Part shown: one piece after another, positions 1-9,502 of the stretch
How the letters are laid out: every line of letters starts with the position of its first letter
How positions within the stretch are numbered: the first letter of the stretch is position 1
Origin: an uncultured Erysipelotrichaceae bacterium
GTDB taxonomy: Bacteria > Bacillota_I > Bacilli_A > RF39 > UBA660
Length of the DNA: 41,044 nucleotides
Assembly (NCBI GenBank): GCA_902783985.1
Contig: CACZTI010000050.1
Location: 1 to 41,044 of the forward strand
Direction: 5' to 3'
Notes under the pieces: generated by a model
Seen by the model: the letters and a program-made list of their open reading frames with translations, nothing else
Database searches by the model: none
What the model was told of the DNA's origin: nothing
Position numbers and translations under genes: made by a program

Positions 1-1
1 C

Positions 2-1261
2 TTATCAATGGTTTCAATAATCATTATTTTTGCTATTCCTAAATTTAAAAAGATTCAAAAGTTAACTGATAATTTAAATAGAATAACCAGAGAAAATTTA
101 ACTGGTATTAAAGTAGTTAGAGCTTATAATGCAGAAAATTATGAAGAAAAGAAGTTTACTAATGCTAATAAAGAATTAACCAATACTCATTTATTTGTTG
201 GTAAAATAATGTCTTTAATGAATCCTGTAATGACTCTTGTTATGTCAAGTTTATCTCTTGCTATTTATTGGGTTGGTGCTGGTTTAATTAATAGTGCTAA
301 TATGCTGGATAAAATAGGGGTATTTAGCAATATGGTAGTATTCTCAAGTTATGCTGTTCAAGTAATTATGTCCTTTATGTTCTTAGTAATGATCTTTGTA
401 ATATATCCAAGAGCAGCTGTATCAATGGGAAGAATTAGTGAAATATTAGATACTGATTCTAACATTAAAGATGGTAATGTAAAAGAAACCGATAATAATA
501 AAGTTGGAGAAATCGAGTTTCGTAATGTATCATTTAAATATCCTGATGCTGATGAATGTATTCTAGAAAATATTAGTTTTACTGTTAATAAAGGGGAAAC
601 TCTAGCGATTATTGGAGGTACTGGTAGTGGAAAATCAACCGTTATTAATTTAATCCCAAGATTTTATGATGTAACAGAAGGTGAAGTATTAATCGATGGT
701 GTTAATGTCAAAGATATGGAATTAGAAAACTTACATAATAAACTTGGATATGTATCACAAAAAGCTGTCTTATTTAAAGGAACCGTGCTTAGTAATTTAA
801 GACTTGGTAAAACGAATCGAAAAGAAGTTACCATAAATGAAGCGTGGAAAGCTCTTGATGTATCACAAAGTACTAATTTTGTAAAAAAAATGGAGAAAGA
901 TTTAAATAGCGAAATATCACAAGGTGGTACTAATGTATCAGGTGGTCAAAAGCAAAGACTATCTATTGCTCGTGCCATTGCAAGAAATCCTGAAATATAT
1001 ATCTTTGATGATGCTTTTTCAGCGCTTGACTTTAAAACAGATTATATATTAAGACGTGAATTAAATAAAGAATGTCATGATGCTACCAAAATAATTGTTG
1101 CAAGTAGAATAGGTACCATTAAAGATGCTAATAAAATACTTGTTTTGGATAGTGGTAAATGTGTTGGTTTAGGAACTCATGATGAACTTCTTAAAAATTG
1201 TTCAGTTTACCGAGAAATAGCTGAATCACAACTTGGAGAGGAGGTACTAAAAAATGCATAA
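2..1261 (+). CDS. ABC transporter, fused permease/ATP-binding subunit (N-terminus lies outside the window)
   Basis: The frame is open to the 5' edge. A hydrophobic TM-rich part is followed by an NBD with Walker A GGTGSGKST, ABC signature VSGGQKQRLSIARA and Walker B IYIFDDAFSALD. The stop overlaps the next ABC gene. Confidence 0.9.
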   Translation, partial: LSMVSIIIIFAIPKFKKIQKLTDNLNRITRENLTGIKVVRAYNAENYEEKKFTNANKELTNTHLFVGKIMSLMNPVMTLVMSSLSLAIYWVGAGLINSANMLDKIGVFSNMVVFSSYAVQVIMSFMFLVMIFVIYPRAAVSMGRISEILDTDSNIKDGNVKETDNNKVGEIEFRNVSFKYPDADECILENISFTVNKGETLAIIGGTGSGKSTVINLIPRFYDVTEGEVLIDGVNVKDMELENLHNKLGYVSQKAVLFKGTVLSNLRLGKTNRKEVTINEAWKALDVSQSTNFVKKMEKDLNSEISQGGTNVSGGQKQRLSIARAIARNPEIYIFDDAFSALDFKTDYILRRELNKECHDATKIIVASRIGTIKDANKILVLDSGKCVGLGTHDELLKNCSVYREIAESQLGEEVLKNA

Positions 1262-3041
1262 TCGAAGAAATAATATGGATAGTAAAGCAAAAGATTTCAC
1301 AGGATCAATAAAGAAAATTATTAAATATAATCGTCCATTTATTGTATTAATTATTATTGCTTTAATTCTTTCTTTTGCCGCAAGTATTCTATCCATTGTT
1401 GGACCTGATAAATTAAAAGATATTACTAATACTATTCAGGAAGGAATAATGACAGGTATTGATTTAGAAAAAATCAAAAATATTGGTTTATTATTAGCAA
1501 TAATGTATGGTTTTAGTGCAATATTTAATTATTTACAAGGATTTATAATGACCATTGTAAACAATAAATTTCAATTAATGATGAGAAGTGATATTGACAA
1601 GAAGATTAATCGTTTACCACTATCATATTTTGATAAGACAACAGTAGGTGATATTCTATCAAGAATTACTAATGATGTTGATACAATAGGTTGGACAATG
1701 AATCAAAGTTTAAGTGGTTTGGTAAGTTCTCTAACAACACTTTTAGGAGCTTTATTTATGATGTTTTATACCAATTGGATTTTAGCATTAATATCTGTAT
1801 TCTCTAGTTTATTTGGCTTTATGTTTGTAACCATAATATTAGTAAAGAGTCAAAAATACTTTAATGAAGTACAAGATTCTCTTGGTGATATTAATGGTCA
1901 TATTGAAGAAGTATTTTCATCTCATAATATCATTAAAGTTTATAATGCCGAAGAAGAGACAAATAAAGAATTTGATAAAATAAATAAACGTTTATTTGAA
2001 AACGGAAGAAAAAGTCAATTTTTATCTGGACTTATGCATCCATTAATGGGATTTATTGGTAATTTTGGTTATGTCTTAGTTTGTGTTGTTGGTGCTATTT
2101 TAGTTATTAATAATACCATATCTTTTGGAGTAATAGTAGCTTTTATGATTTATATAAGATTATTTACGCAACCACTAATGAACATTGCTCAAAGTCTAAC
2201 AGGATTTCAAAGTGCAGCTGCCGCTGGAGAAAGAGTATTTGAATTTCTAGAAGAAAAAGAAATGGATGATGAAAGTAATTTAAAAGAAAAATTAGAAATC
2301 AATGATGCTAAAGGTAATATTGAATTTAAAAATGTTTCTTTTGGATATAATAGTGATAAATTAATTATTAAAAACTTTGATGCTAAAATACCTTGTAATA
2401 GTAAAATTGCTATTGTAGGACCAACAGGTGCTGGTAAAACAACCATTGTTAATTTACTTATGAAATTTTATAATATAAATAGTGGCGATATTATTATAGA
2501 TGGTCATTCAATAAATAAATTAACAAGAGAAAATGTTCATGAACTATTTAATATGGTATTACAAGATACATGGATTTTTAATGGAACAATTAAAGAAAAT
2601 ATTAAATATAATAAAAAACATATTACTGATGATGAAATAATTAATGCTTGTAAAAATGTTGGACTTCATCATTTCATTAAAACACTACCAAAAGGTTATG
2701 ATACTATCATTAGTGATGTGGATACATTATCAAGTGGGGAAAAGCAATTACTGACTATTGCTCGTGCTATGATTAGTGATAAACCTTATTTAATATTAGA
2801 TGAGGCAACAAGTAATGTTGATACTAGAACAGAAGAGTTGGTTGCTCGTGCTATGGATAAACTTGCCAAGGATAAAACATCATTTATTATTGCTCATCGT
2901 TTATCCACTATTAAAAATGCTGATATGATATTAGTTATTAATAATGGCAATATTGTTGAACAAGGAAATCATGAAGAATTATTAAAGAAAAAAGGGTTTT
3001 ATGCGGATCTTTATAATTCACAATTTGAAGAAATTAAATAA
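1254..3041 (+). CDS. ABC transporter, fused permease/ATP-binding subunit; probable heterodimer partner of the upstream gene (multidrug/lipid exporter type)
   Basis: GGAGAGGAGG RBS 9 nt upstream of the ATG. N-terminal TM domain, Walker A GPTGAGKTT, signature LSSGEKQLLTIARA, Walker B YLILDEATSNVD, H-loop IIAHRLSTI. There is an 8-nt overlap with the previous gene. Confidence 0.9.
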   Translation: MHNRRNNMDSKAKDFTGSIKKIIKYNRPFIVLIIIALILSFAASILSIVGPDKLKDITNTIQEGIMTGIDLEKIKNIGLLLAIMYGFSAIFNYLQGFIMTIVNNKFQLMMRSDIDKKINRLPLSYFDKTTVGDILSRITNDVDTIGWTMNQSLSGLVSSLTTLLGALFMMFYTNWILALISVFSSLFGFMFVTIILVKSQKYFNEVQDSLGDINGHIEEVFSSHNIIKVYNAEEETNKEFDKINKRLFENGRKSQFLSGLMHPLMGFIGNFGYVLVCVVGAILVINNTISFGVIVAFMIYIRLFTQPLMNIAQSLTGFQSAAAAGERVFEFLEEKEMDDESNLKEKLEINDAKGNIEFKNVSFGYNSDKLIIKNFDAKIPCNSKIAIVGPTGAGKTTIVNLLMKFYNINSGDIIIDGHSINKLTRENVHELFNMVLQDTWIFNGTIKENIKYNKKHITDDEIINACKNVGLHHFIKTLPKGYDTIISDVDTLSSGEKQLLTIARAMISDKPYLILDEATSNVDTRTEELVARAMDKLAKDKTSFIIAHRLSTIKNADMILVINNGNIVEQGNHEELLKKKGFYADLYNSQFEEIK

Positions 3042-3043
3042 AA

Positions 3044-3080
3044 AAATGAAGAAACTATATTCCTTCTTCATTTTTATTTT
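3044..3080 (+). terminator. Rho-independent terminator after the ABC pair
   Basis: Perfect 10-bp stem aaatgaagaa / ttcttcattt followed by a T-run. Confidence 0.75.
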
Positions 3081-3099
3081 GTTATTTTTTAAACAACAA

Positions 3100-3129
3100 T
3101 TGACATTATAAATTACCAAATGATATACT
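3100..3129 (+). promoter_or_regulatory. Sigma-A-type promoter for the LRR surface protein gene
   Basis: TTGACA (3100-3105), 18-nt spacer, extended -10 TGaTATACT (3121-3129). Confidence 0.6.
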
Positions 3130-3149
3130 ATTATAGTAGGAGAAAAGAT

Positions 3150-6098
3150 ATGAATTATGAAGAAAATAATAAGAATAATAATAAAAAGAAAAATACTATT
3201 TTAATAGTAATAATGGCAACATTAGTAGTAATACTTGGTGGAGTAACCTATGCTTTTTTTAATTACACAAGAACAGGTGAGACAAATCTTTTAACTGTTG
3301 GAAGCATATCATTTAATTCAACCCAAGAAACTGTAAATTTAACAAATTTATTTCCCGTTAGGTCTGAGGAATTAGATGAATACATTGAGAATGTGGATAA
3401 AATATCAGTATCTATAACAGGAAATACTGATTATGAGGAAGGTTTAGAATATCGAATGTCTTTTGTCGATGTTAATAATTCTTTTTTTGATAAAACTGTT
3501 CCACTATCATATCGTGCAACCGCAACAAATATTGGAACTCCTATTTCAAATAATGAATACGATTTATCAAAAGGTGGAACTACACAAGTTTATTCGATGA
3601 ATGAAACTGGAGTAATAGAAAATGATAATTACTTTTTAACTGGATATATTCCAACTGGAGTAAATGCTAATGGAACTGTTGAAATCGCTGCTTATATTGA
3701 TGGAAATAAAATAGCAATAACTGATACATATAATAATTATCATACAACTGATACATGTTTTACATTTAATAATGGAACAATAACAAATTATGATGCCAAT
3801 TGTGAAAAAGATGTTGTAATTCCAAGTATGATAAATAACATTCAGGTAACATCAATAGCTGATAATGCATTTAAAGGTAAACAACTAAAAAGTGTGGTAA
3901 TACCAGATACTGTTACATCAATTGGAAACAATGCTTTTGAAAATAATAATCTTACAAGTATTAAATTATCGAATAATTTAACTACTATTGGTTCTGAAGC
4001 ATTTCAAAATAATAAACTTACGAGTGTCACTATCCCTAAGGGATGTGAAGTACTTAATTATGCTTTTAAAAGTAACAGTATACAAAAAATTATTTTAGGT
4101 GAAACAGGAACAGGACCTATACGTATTTATTCTGGGGCATTTTTCCTTGAGGGTAAATATTATATTGAAAATAATAAATTAGCAATCATTGTTAATAAAA
4201 CGGGTCAATCATTCAATTGGGGAAGTATTCTTCAAGATGAACCTGAGGCAAATAGTGAGTTTGTAACTGGAACATATACATTAGGAACATGTACTGTTGA
4301 TATTGTAGAAGAAGATACATATCCTTCAATTGGAAATGTAAGTCCACCAACTAGAGGAACATCTAGTAGTTGGGTTAATGGTAGAACAGTCTTTACCACT
4401 AATGAATGGAATAATTTTGGTACAAATGGCAATATATCATTTAAAATAAAAGTTGAAGCAGTTGCTGGAAATTTACCAAAAGTTATGCCTCCGTTTACTA
4501 ATGAAAGCTGTTTTACAACGAGTGGTAATACAATTACAGATTATGATGCAAGTTGTGGAACAGTTGTTTCAATACCAAATACCATTAATGGTACAACAAT
4601 AACTACTATCGGAGAAAGAGCATTTAATAACAAAGGATTAACCAGTGTTTATATACCTGATTCAATTACAACAATTTCTATGTATGCATTTTCTTATAAC
4701 AATATTGAAACACTACAATTAGGTTCTGGCGTAACAACAATTGGATATCAATCATTTATAAGTAATAAAATAAAAATGTTACAAATAGGACCAAATGTAA
4801 CAACAATTGAATATGGATCATTTTCATATAATGATTTAAGAATGGTTCAAATTGGAAAAGGAGTAAGAGAAATAGATGGTGATGCCTTTTATTCAGATCC
4901 TGCCGATGATGGATCAAATGTTAATCTTCGAACAATAGATAATCTTACCAATAAACCTTTTGATTGGGGAGAAATCATAGGAAATGAAAGTAAAACATTT
5001 ATCACTGGTGACGTAACAATTAGTGATTATACCGTAACAATTACAAATAGTCGTCCAAATACGACACCACAATTAGTAAGTGAATCATGTTTTACTACAA
5101 GTGGAAGTACAATAACAGATTATAATACAAGTTGTGGTGGATCATATATCATAATACCAAGTACAATAAATGGTACGACAATAACGGAAATAGGAAGTTA
5201 TGCATTTAGTTCAAAATATTTAAAGAGTGTTGTTATACCTGATTCCGTTACAACCATTGGATATAATGCATTTTCTGATAGCAATATTGAAACGCTTCAG
5301 TTAGGTTCTGGTGTTACAACTATAGGTGAAGAAGCATTTGCAAATAATAATATCGAAACAATAGAAATAGGACCAAATGTAACCACGATAGAGTCTAGAG
5401 CATTTAAGAATAATGATTTAGTTTCGGTTCAAATTGGTGAACACGTAACACAAATATATAGTGAAGCCTTCTATTCTAGTCCTGATGATGGAGGATCAAA
5501 CACAAGACTTCGTAGCATAGATAACCGTTCAAATAGACCTTTTGATTGGGGAGAAATTTTAGGAACAGAAAGCAAGACATTTGTCACAGGTGAAGTAACA
5601 ATTAGTGATTATACCGTAACCATTACAAATAGTAATGCTAGTACATCACCACAATTAGTAAGTGAATCATGCTTTACTACAAGTGATGGAAGAATAACAG
5701 ATTATGATATGAGTTGTGGTGGAAATATCATAATACCAAGTACAATAAATGGTACGACAATAACGGAAATAGGTAATTATGCATTTGATTCAAAATATTT
5801 AACAGGTGTTATTATACCTGATACTGTTACTTCGATTGGGACTTGGGCATTTTATGGAAATGATTTAACTACTGCAACAATTGGTTCTGGTGTAACACGA
5901 ATTGGTAGTGGAGCCTTCTTCTCTGATCCAGAATATGGTGATGGAACAAATGTAAATCTCCGTACGATAATTAATAAAACAAATCGTTCTTTTGATTGGA
6001 TGTCAGTTTTAAATGGTCATGCAGGTGGTGCAAGTACAACATTTGTAACAGGACAAATTACTATTGGTAGCTATATCATAAATATTACAAATAATTAA
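3150..6098 (+). CDS. Exported BspA-type leucine-rich-repeat (LRR_5-like) surface protein with a SipW-type signal peptide and a TasA-like N-terminal module
   Basis: I place the start at ATG 3150 (AGGAG RBS), because the ATG at 3120 lies inside the promoter. Basic N-terminus, TM, then GGVTYAFFNYTRTG, which resembles the TasA cleavage region. It has four LRR blocks with the pattern IP.(S/T)VT.IG..AF..N.L. There is no LPXTG or C-terminal anchor. Confidence 0.85.
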   Translation: MNYEENNKNNNKKKNTILIVIMATLVVILGGVTYAFFNYTRTGETNLLTVGSISFNSTQETVNLTNLFPVRSEELDEYIENVDKISVSITGNTDYEEGLEYRMSFVDVNNSFFDKTVPLSYRATATNIGTPISNNEYDLSKGGTTQVYSMNETGVIENDNYFLTGYIPTGVNANGTVEIAAYIDGNKIAITDTYNNYHTTDTCFTFNNGTITNYDANCEKDVVIPSMINNIQVTSIADNAFKGKQLKSVVIPDTVTSIGNNAFENNNLTSIKLSNNLTTIGSEAFQNNKLTSVTIPKGCEVLNYAFKSNSIQKIILGETGTGPIRIYSGAFFLEGKYYIENNKLAIIVNKTGQSFNWGSILQDEPEANSEFVTGTYTLGTCTVDIVEEDTYPSIGNVSPPTRGTSSSWVNGRTVFTTNEWNNFGTNGNISFKIKVEAVAGNLPKVMPPFTNESCFTTSGNTITDYDASCGTVVSIPNTINGTTITTIGERAFNNKGLTSVYIPDSITTISMYAFSYNNIETLQLGSGVTTIGYQSFISNKIKMLQIGPNVTTIEYGSFSYNDLRMVQIGKGVREIDGDAFYSDPADDGSNVNLRTIDNLTNKPFDWGEIIGNESKTFITGDVTISDYTVTITNSRPNTTPQLVSESCFTTSGSTITDYNTSCGGSYIIIPSTINGTTITEIGSYAFSSKYLKSVVIPDSVTTIGYNAFSDSNIETLQLGSGVTTIGEEAFANNNIETIEIGPNVTTIESRAFKNNDLVSVQIGEHVTQIYSEAFYSSPDDGGSNTRLRSIDNRSNRPFDWGEILGTESKTFVTGEVTISDYTVTITNSNASTSPQLVSESCFTTSDGRITDYDMSCGGNIIIPSTINGTTITEIGNYAFDSKYLTGVIIPDTVTSIGTWAFYGNDLTTATIGSGVTRIGSGAFFSDPEYGDGTNVNLRTIINKTNRSFDWMSVLNGHAGGASTTFVTGQITIGSYIINITNN
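4500..6098 (+). repeat. Three tandem in-frame repeats of about 579-582 nt (about 193 aa) inside the LRR gene
   Basis: Each unit starts with (N/S)ESCFTTS..(T/I)ITDY..SCG and ends with TFxTGxxTIxxYxxxITN. Stretches of near-identical DNA occur one period apart, e.g. ccacaattagtaagtgaatcatg(t/c)tttactacaagtg at 5067 and 5649. Confidence 0.9.
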
Positions 6099-6105
6099 AA
6101 AATAA

Positions 6106-6150
6106 AAAGGGTGTTGAAAATTAAATAACAAAATTTTCACACTCTTTTTT
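6106..6150 (+). terminator. Rho-independent terminator after the LRR gene
   Basis: Imperfect stem aaagggtgttgaaaatt / aattttcacactcttt (one mismatch, one bulge) followed by TTTTTT. Confidence 0.6.
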
Positions 6151-6204
6151 ACTTATTAGTTTGATAAATTATAGACAGGTGTCTTAAAATTTAGTACAAT
6201 AAAT

Positions 6205-7821
6205 ATGATGGATATGGAGTATTTAAAAAAACATAAATTATTAATTTTAATTATCATTTTTACCTTAATAAGATTTTTTCTAAGCTATCATTTACCTAAT
6301 TTTTATTATGAAAATTTAGGATTTGATGATGGATTAATGATAAAAGAATTTGAAAGTCTTATAAGCGGAAATTATCTAGGTACATATAATAATATTATAT
6401 TAACTAAAGGAATTATTTATCCTTTATTTTTAACTATAATTCATTACATTCATTTAAATTATAATGTCGTATTTACTATTATATATATTTTATCTTGTGC
6501 TTTTTTTACAAAATCTTTTAAAAATATTATCAATAACAAGAAGATATTATTAATATTATATATTATTTTACTTTTTAATCCGATAAGTTATTCTAGTGAA
6601 TTATTTCAAAGATTATATCGTAATTCTTTATCAATAATTGAAATGCTATTATTTCTTTCTTTAGTAATTAGAATAATATCAAATAAAAAAACAAAAATAT
6701 CTTTATATTTATTTCTTGGAATCATTAGTTCTATTATGCTTTTAACAAGAGAGGATAATATATGGATATATATTGTCTTTATCACACTGTTTATTTATAA
6801 TATTTATCATAATCATAAAGTCAAAAATATTATAATTAATTTGGTTCCATTGCTTGTTTTAATAATTAATTTGAATATTTTTTCATTCATTAATTATAAA
6901 AATTATGGAGTATATACATATAATGAACTTACCAATTCTAGTTTTAAGGATGCTTATATTAAAATTATGCAAATAAAAGATGATAAAAAAATTGATAAAG
7001 TTTCTATATCAAAAGATGTTTTAAATAAGTTAATTGATGTTTCAGAAAAATTTAATATAGAGAAAGATAATCTTGATAAAATGTATGATAGATTAGGTGA
7101 TGATAATGGAGAGATAAATAATGGTAATATTATATGGTATTTAAGAAATACTATATATGTTAAAAATCAATTTCTTGAAGCAAAAGATGCCAATAAATTC
7201 TTTAAAGAGTTAAAAGAAGAAATTGATACATTGTTTAAAGAAGGTAAATTGGAAAAAGAATTTGTTATTCCATCAGTTTTGATAAATACACCAACAATTA
7301 ATGAAATAAAAGAACTTCCTAAAAACTTCTTAAAAGCCATAATATATACATCATCATATCAAAATGTAAGATCTTTTTCAAAAACTGATTTATTAAAATT
7401 AAATAATGGTTCTTTTGACGATGATGTTAATTCTTATATAATAAAATGTACTGATTATCATAATACCGAAAATATTATAAAAGATAATAATTTTATATAT
7501 GAAGTTATTAGAATTATCTATAAATATTTAACAATAATATTATCAATTTATGCGCTATTTATTTACATCAAAAAAATCAAAGAAAAAAATAAAATAAATT
7601 TTATTATTAGTTTAATATTAATAATTTATATTGTTATATTATGTGGTATAACCTATACAGATACTACAGCATTTAAAGCTATTAGATATTTTTATTTAGG
7701 AAATATATATATATTACAAAGTGTTTTTATATTTTTAAATATATGGAGGGAATATGGAAAAGGATTTAACAATATTAATGCCTTGTTTAAACGAGGAAAA
7801 AACAATCAAAAAATGTATTAA
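6205..7821 (+). CDS. Polytopic membrane protein, possible GT-C-fold (ArnT/PMT/YfhO-like) glycosyltransferase
   Basis: It has many hydrophobic segments at both ends, an acidic motif (LGFDDGL) after the first TM and a large soluble loop in the middle. It sits directly upstream of, and overlaps, a GT2 gene. The family assignment is inferred from architecture only. Confidence 0.45.
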   Translation: MMDMEYLKKHKLLILIIIFTLIRFFLSYHLPNFYYENLGFDDGLMIKEFESLISGNYLGTYNNIILTKGIIYPLFLTIIHYIHLNYNVVFTIIYILSCAFFTKSFKNIINNKKILLILYIILLFNPISYSSELFQRLYRNSLSIIEMLLFLSLVIRIISNKKTKISLYLFLGIISSIMLLTREDNIWIYIVFITLFIYNIYHNHKVKNIIINLVPLLVLIINLNIFSFINYKNYGVYTYNELTNSSFKDAYIKIMQIKDDKKIDKVSISKDVLNKLIDVSEKFNIEKDNLDKMYDRLGDDNGEINNGNIIWYLRNTIYVKNQFLEAKDANKFFKELKEEIDTLFKEGKLEKEFVIPSVLINTPTINEIKELPKNFLKAIIYTSSYQNVRSFSKTDLLKLNNGSFDDDVNSYIIKCTDYHNTENIIKDNNFIYEVIRIIYKYLTIILSIYALFIYIKKIKEKNKINFIISLILIIYIVILCGITYTDTTAFKAIRYFYLGNIYILQSVFIFLNIWREYGKGFNNINALFKRGKNNQKMY

Positions 7822-8443
7822 TGAAGCCAAAAAATTTCTAAGTGAAAATAGAATAAATGGAGAAATATTAATTGTGGATAATGGATCAACTGATAAATCG
7901 TTAAAATTAATAAAAAAAAGTAAAGTTAGATTGATTAATTGTCCTGATAAAGGATATGGAAATGCTTTACGCTATGGAATTAATAATAGTTATGGAAAAT
8001 ATATTATTATGGGTGATAGTGATGCAAGTTATGATTTCTATCATCTAAATGACTTTATTAAATATTTAGAGGAAGACTATGATCTTGTAATGGGTAATAG
8101 ATTTAAAGGGAAAATTGATAAAGGTGCCATGCCATTTTTAAATAGATATATAGGAAATCCCATATTATCAAAATTTGGTAAAATCATGTTTCCGTGTAAT
8201 ATTAATGATTTTCATTCTGGATTAAGAGCTTTTAAAAAAGATAAAATAATTGATTTAAATTTAAAGTCAACTGGTATGGAATTTGCTAGCGAAATGGTAA
8301 TAGAGTGTGTAAAAAACAAATATAAAACCATTGAGGTTCCAATTAATTTAATGAATAATGGATTAAATAGAAAACCTCATTTAAGACCATTTCGTGATGG
8401 ATTAAGACATGTTAAATTAATAATGAAATTGAAATTCAAATAA
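7754..8443 (+). CDS. Family-2 glycosyltransferase, polyprenyl-phosphate sugar synthase-like (DPM1/GtrB/CsbB type)
   Basis: GGAGGG RBS before the ATG. Motifs ILMPCLNEE, IVDNGSTDKS, GYGNAL and MGDSDASYD (DxD) are typical of GT2. Confidence 0.8.
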   Translation: MEKDLTILMPCLNEEKTIKKCINEAKKFLSENRINGEILIVDNGSTDKSLKLIKKSKVRLINCPDKGYGNALRYGINNSYGKYIIMGDSDASYDFYHLNDFIKYLEEDYDLVMGNRFKGKIDKGAMPFLNRYIGNPILSKFGKIMFPCNINDFHSGLRAFKKDKIIDLNLKSTGMEFASEMVIECVKNKYKTIEVPINLMNNGLNRKPHLRPFRDGLRHVKLIMKLKFK

Positions 8444-8471
8444 AAAAATCCAAAATAATTTGGATTTTTTT
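8443..8471. terminator. Bidirectional terminator between the GT2 gene (+) and rpsI (-)
   Basis: Hairpin aaaaatccaaa-ataa-tttggattttt, flanked by an A-run on one side and a T-run on the other. Confidence 0.75.
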
Positions 8472-8885
8472 CTATCTCTTACTAAATTGTGGAGCACGTC
8501 TTGCTTTCTTAAGACCATATTTCTTTCTTTCTTTAACTCTAGCATCTCTTGTAATCATACCAGTTGTTTTTAGTGATTTTCTTAAACTATTTTCACTATC
8601 TTTAGTTGCTTCATCATATTCAAGTAATGCTCTTGTAATTCCAAGTCTTACAGCTCCAGCTTGACCACGGAATCCACCACCAGTAACTTTAGCATCTACA
8701 TCAAAAATTTCAGTAGTATTAGTTATTTCAAGTGGTTGTGATAAATCCATAACTAGTGTTTCGAAAGGAAAATATTCATGAACATCTTTTCCATTAACAG
8801 TTATTTTTCCAGTACCATTAACTAATGTTACTTTAGCGATAGCACCTTTTCTTCTTCCTGTACCATAATAAGTATTCTTTTTCAT
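8472..8885 (-). CDS. rpsI: 30S ribosomal protein S9
   Basis: YYGTGRRK near the N-terminus, GGG(F/I)xGQAGA, and a C-terminal [21 protein letters not shown]. Confidence 0.97.
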   Translation of the reverse strand: MKKNTYYGTGRRKGAIAKVTLVNGTGKITVNGKDVHEYFPFETLVMDLSQPLEITNTTEIFDVDAKVTGGGFRGQAGAVRLGITRALLEYDEATKDSENSLRKSLKTTGMITRDARVKERKKYGLKKARRAPQFSKR

Positions 8886-8893
8886 ATTTCCTC

Positions 8894-9325
8894 CTATTTA
8901 ACCTCAATGCTAACTGGTTTTTGTGCAGTATGTGGATGAGTTTCTTCAGCATAAACGAATAACTTCTTTCCCATAGCTCTTCCTAGTCTATTATGAGGAA
9001 GCATTCCATTAACAGCTCTTTCAAGCATCTCAACAGGATAATTTTCTCTCATAGTTTTAGCATTTCTTTCTCTTAATCCTCCTGGATACATAGAATGATT
9101 ATAATACATCTTATCTTCTAATTTGTTTCCAGTTAAATTAACTTTTTTTGCATTAATAATAATAACGTAATCACCACAATCAATATGTGGAGTAAATGTT
9201 GGTTTATTCTTTCCACGTAATATATGTGCAGCAAGTGTTGCAACTCTACCTAAAGATTTTCCATTAGCATCAATTACATACCAAGAACGAACAACATCTT
9301 CTTTTCTTTGCATATAGCTTTTCAT
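8894..9325 (-). CDS. rplM: 50S ribosomal protein L13
   Basis: WYVIDA..K.LGR.A...A..LRGK.KP.FTPH.D.GD.VI..NA is the classic L13 N-terminus. It lies immediately upstream of rpsI. Confidence 0.97.
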   Translation of the reverse strand: MKSYMQRKEDVVRSWYVIDANGKSLGRVATLAAHILRGKNKPTFTPHIDCGDYVIIINAKKVNLTGNKLEDKMYYNHSMYPGGLRERNAKTMRENYPVEMLERAVNGMLPHNRLGRAMGKKLFVYAEETHPHTAQKPVSIEVK

Positions 9326-9399
9326 ATTTTCTCCTTTTCCTTATTAAACTTGGTGTTCCCAATACCAAATTTATGGGGAATTTCAATGTACCGATAAAG

Positions 9400-9428
9400 A
9401 TTATACTAGTTTTACTTATGATTGTCAA
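9400..9428 (-). promoter_or_regulatory. Consensus sigma-A promoter of the rplM-rpsI operon
   Basis: The minus strand reads TTGACA, a 17-nt spacer, then TATAAT (perfect hexamers), about 75 nt upstream of the rplM start. Confidence 0.8.
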
Positions 9429-9463
9429 TTATATTTGTTGTTTTTTTAAGTATTTTATGCGAA

Positions 9464-9499
9464 ATTTATAAAAAAAGAAGAATTTTTTTATTCTTCTTT
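9464..9499 (-). terminator. Terminator of the 214-aa minus-strand gene
   Basis: 10-bp stem aaagaagaat / attcttcttt with a T6 loop, and a T-run on the minus strand. Confidence 0.7.
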
Positions 9500-9502
9500 A
9501 AA

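Noticed and set aside
3120-3149. ATG 3120 as the start of the LRR protein, as given in the ORF track.
   Set aside because: It lies inside the predicted -10 region and has no RBS. ATG 3150 follows AGGAG at a good spacing and gives a normal basic-then-hydrophobic signal peptide.
9330-9399. A possible L13 (rplM) ribosomal-protein leader RNA between the promoter and rplM.
   Set aside because: I could see only a short hairpin (gttccc...ggggaa). I cannot verify the Rfam L13-leader consensus by eye, so I have not called it.
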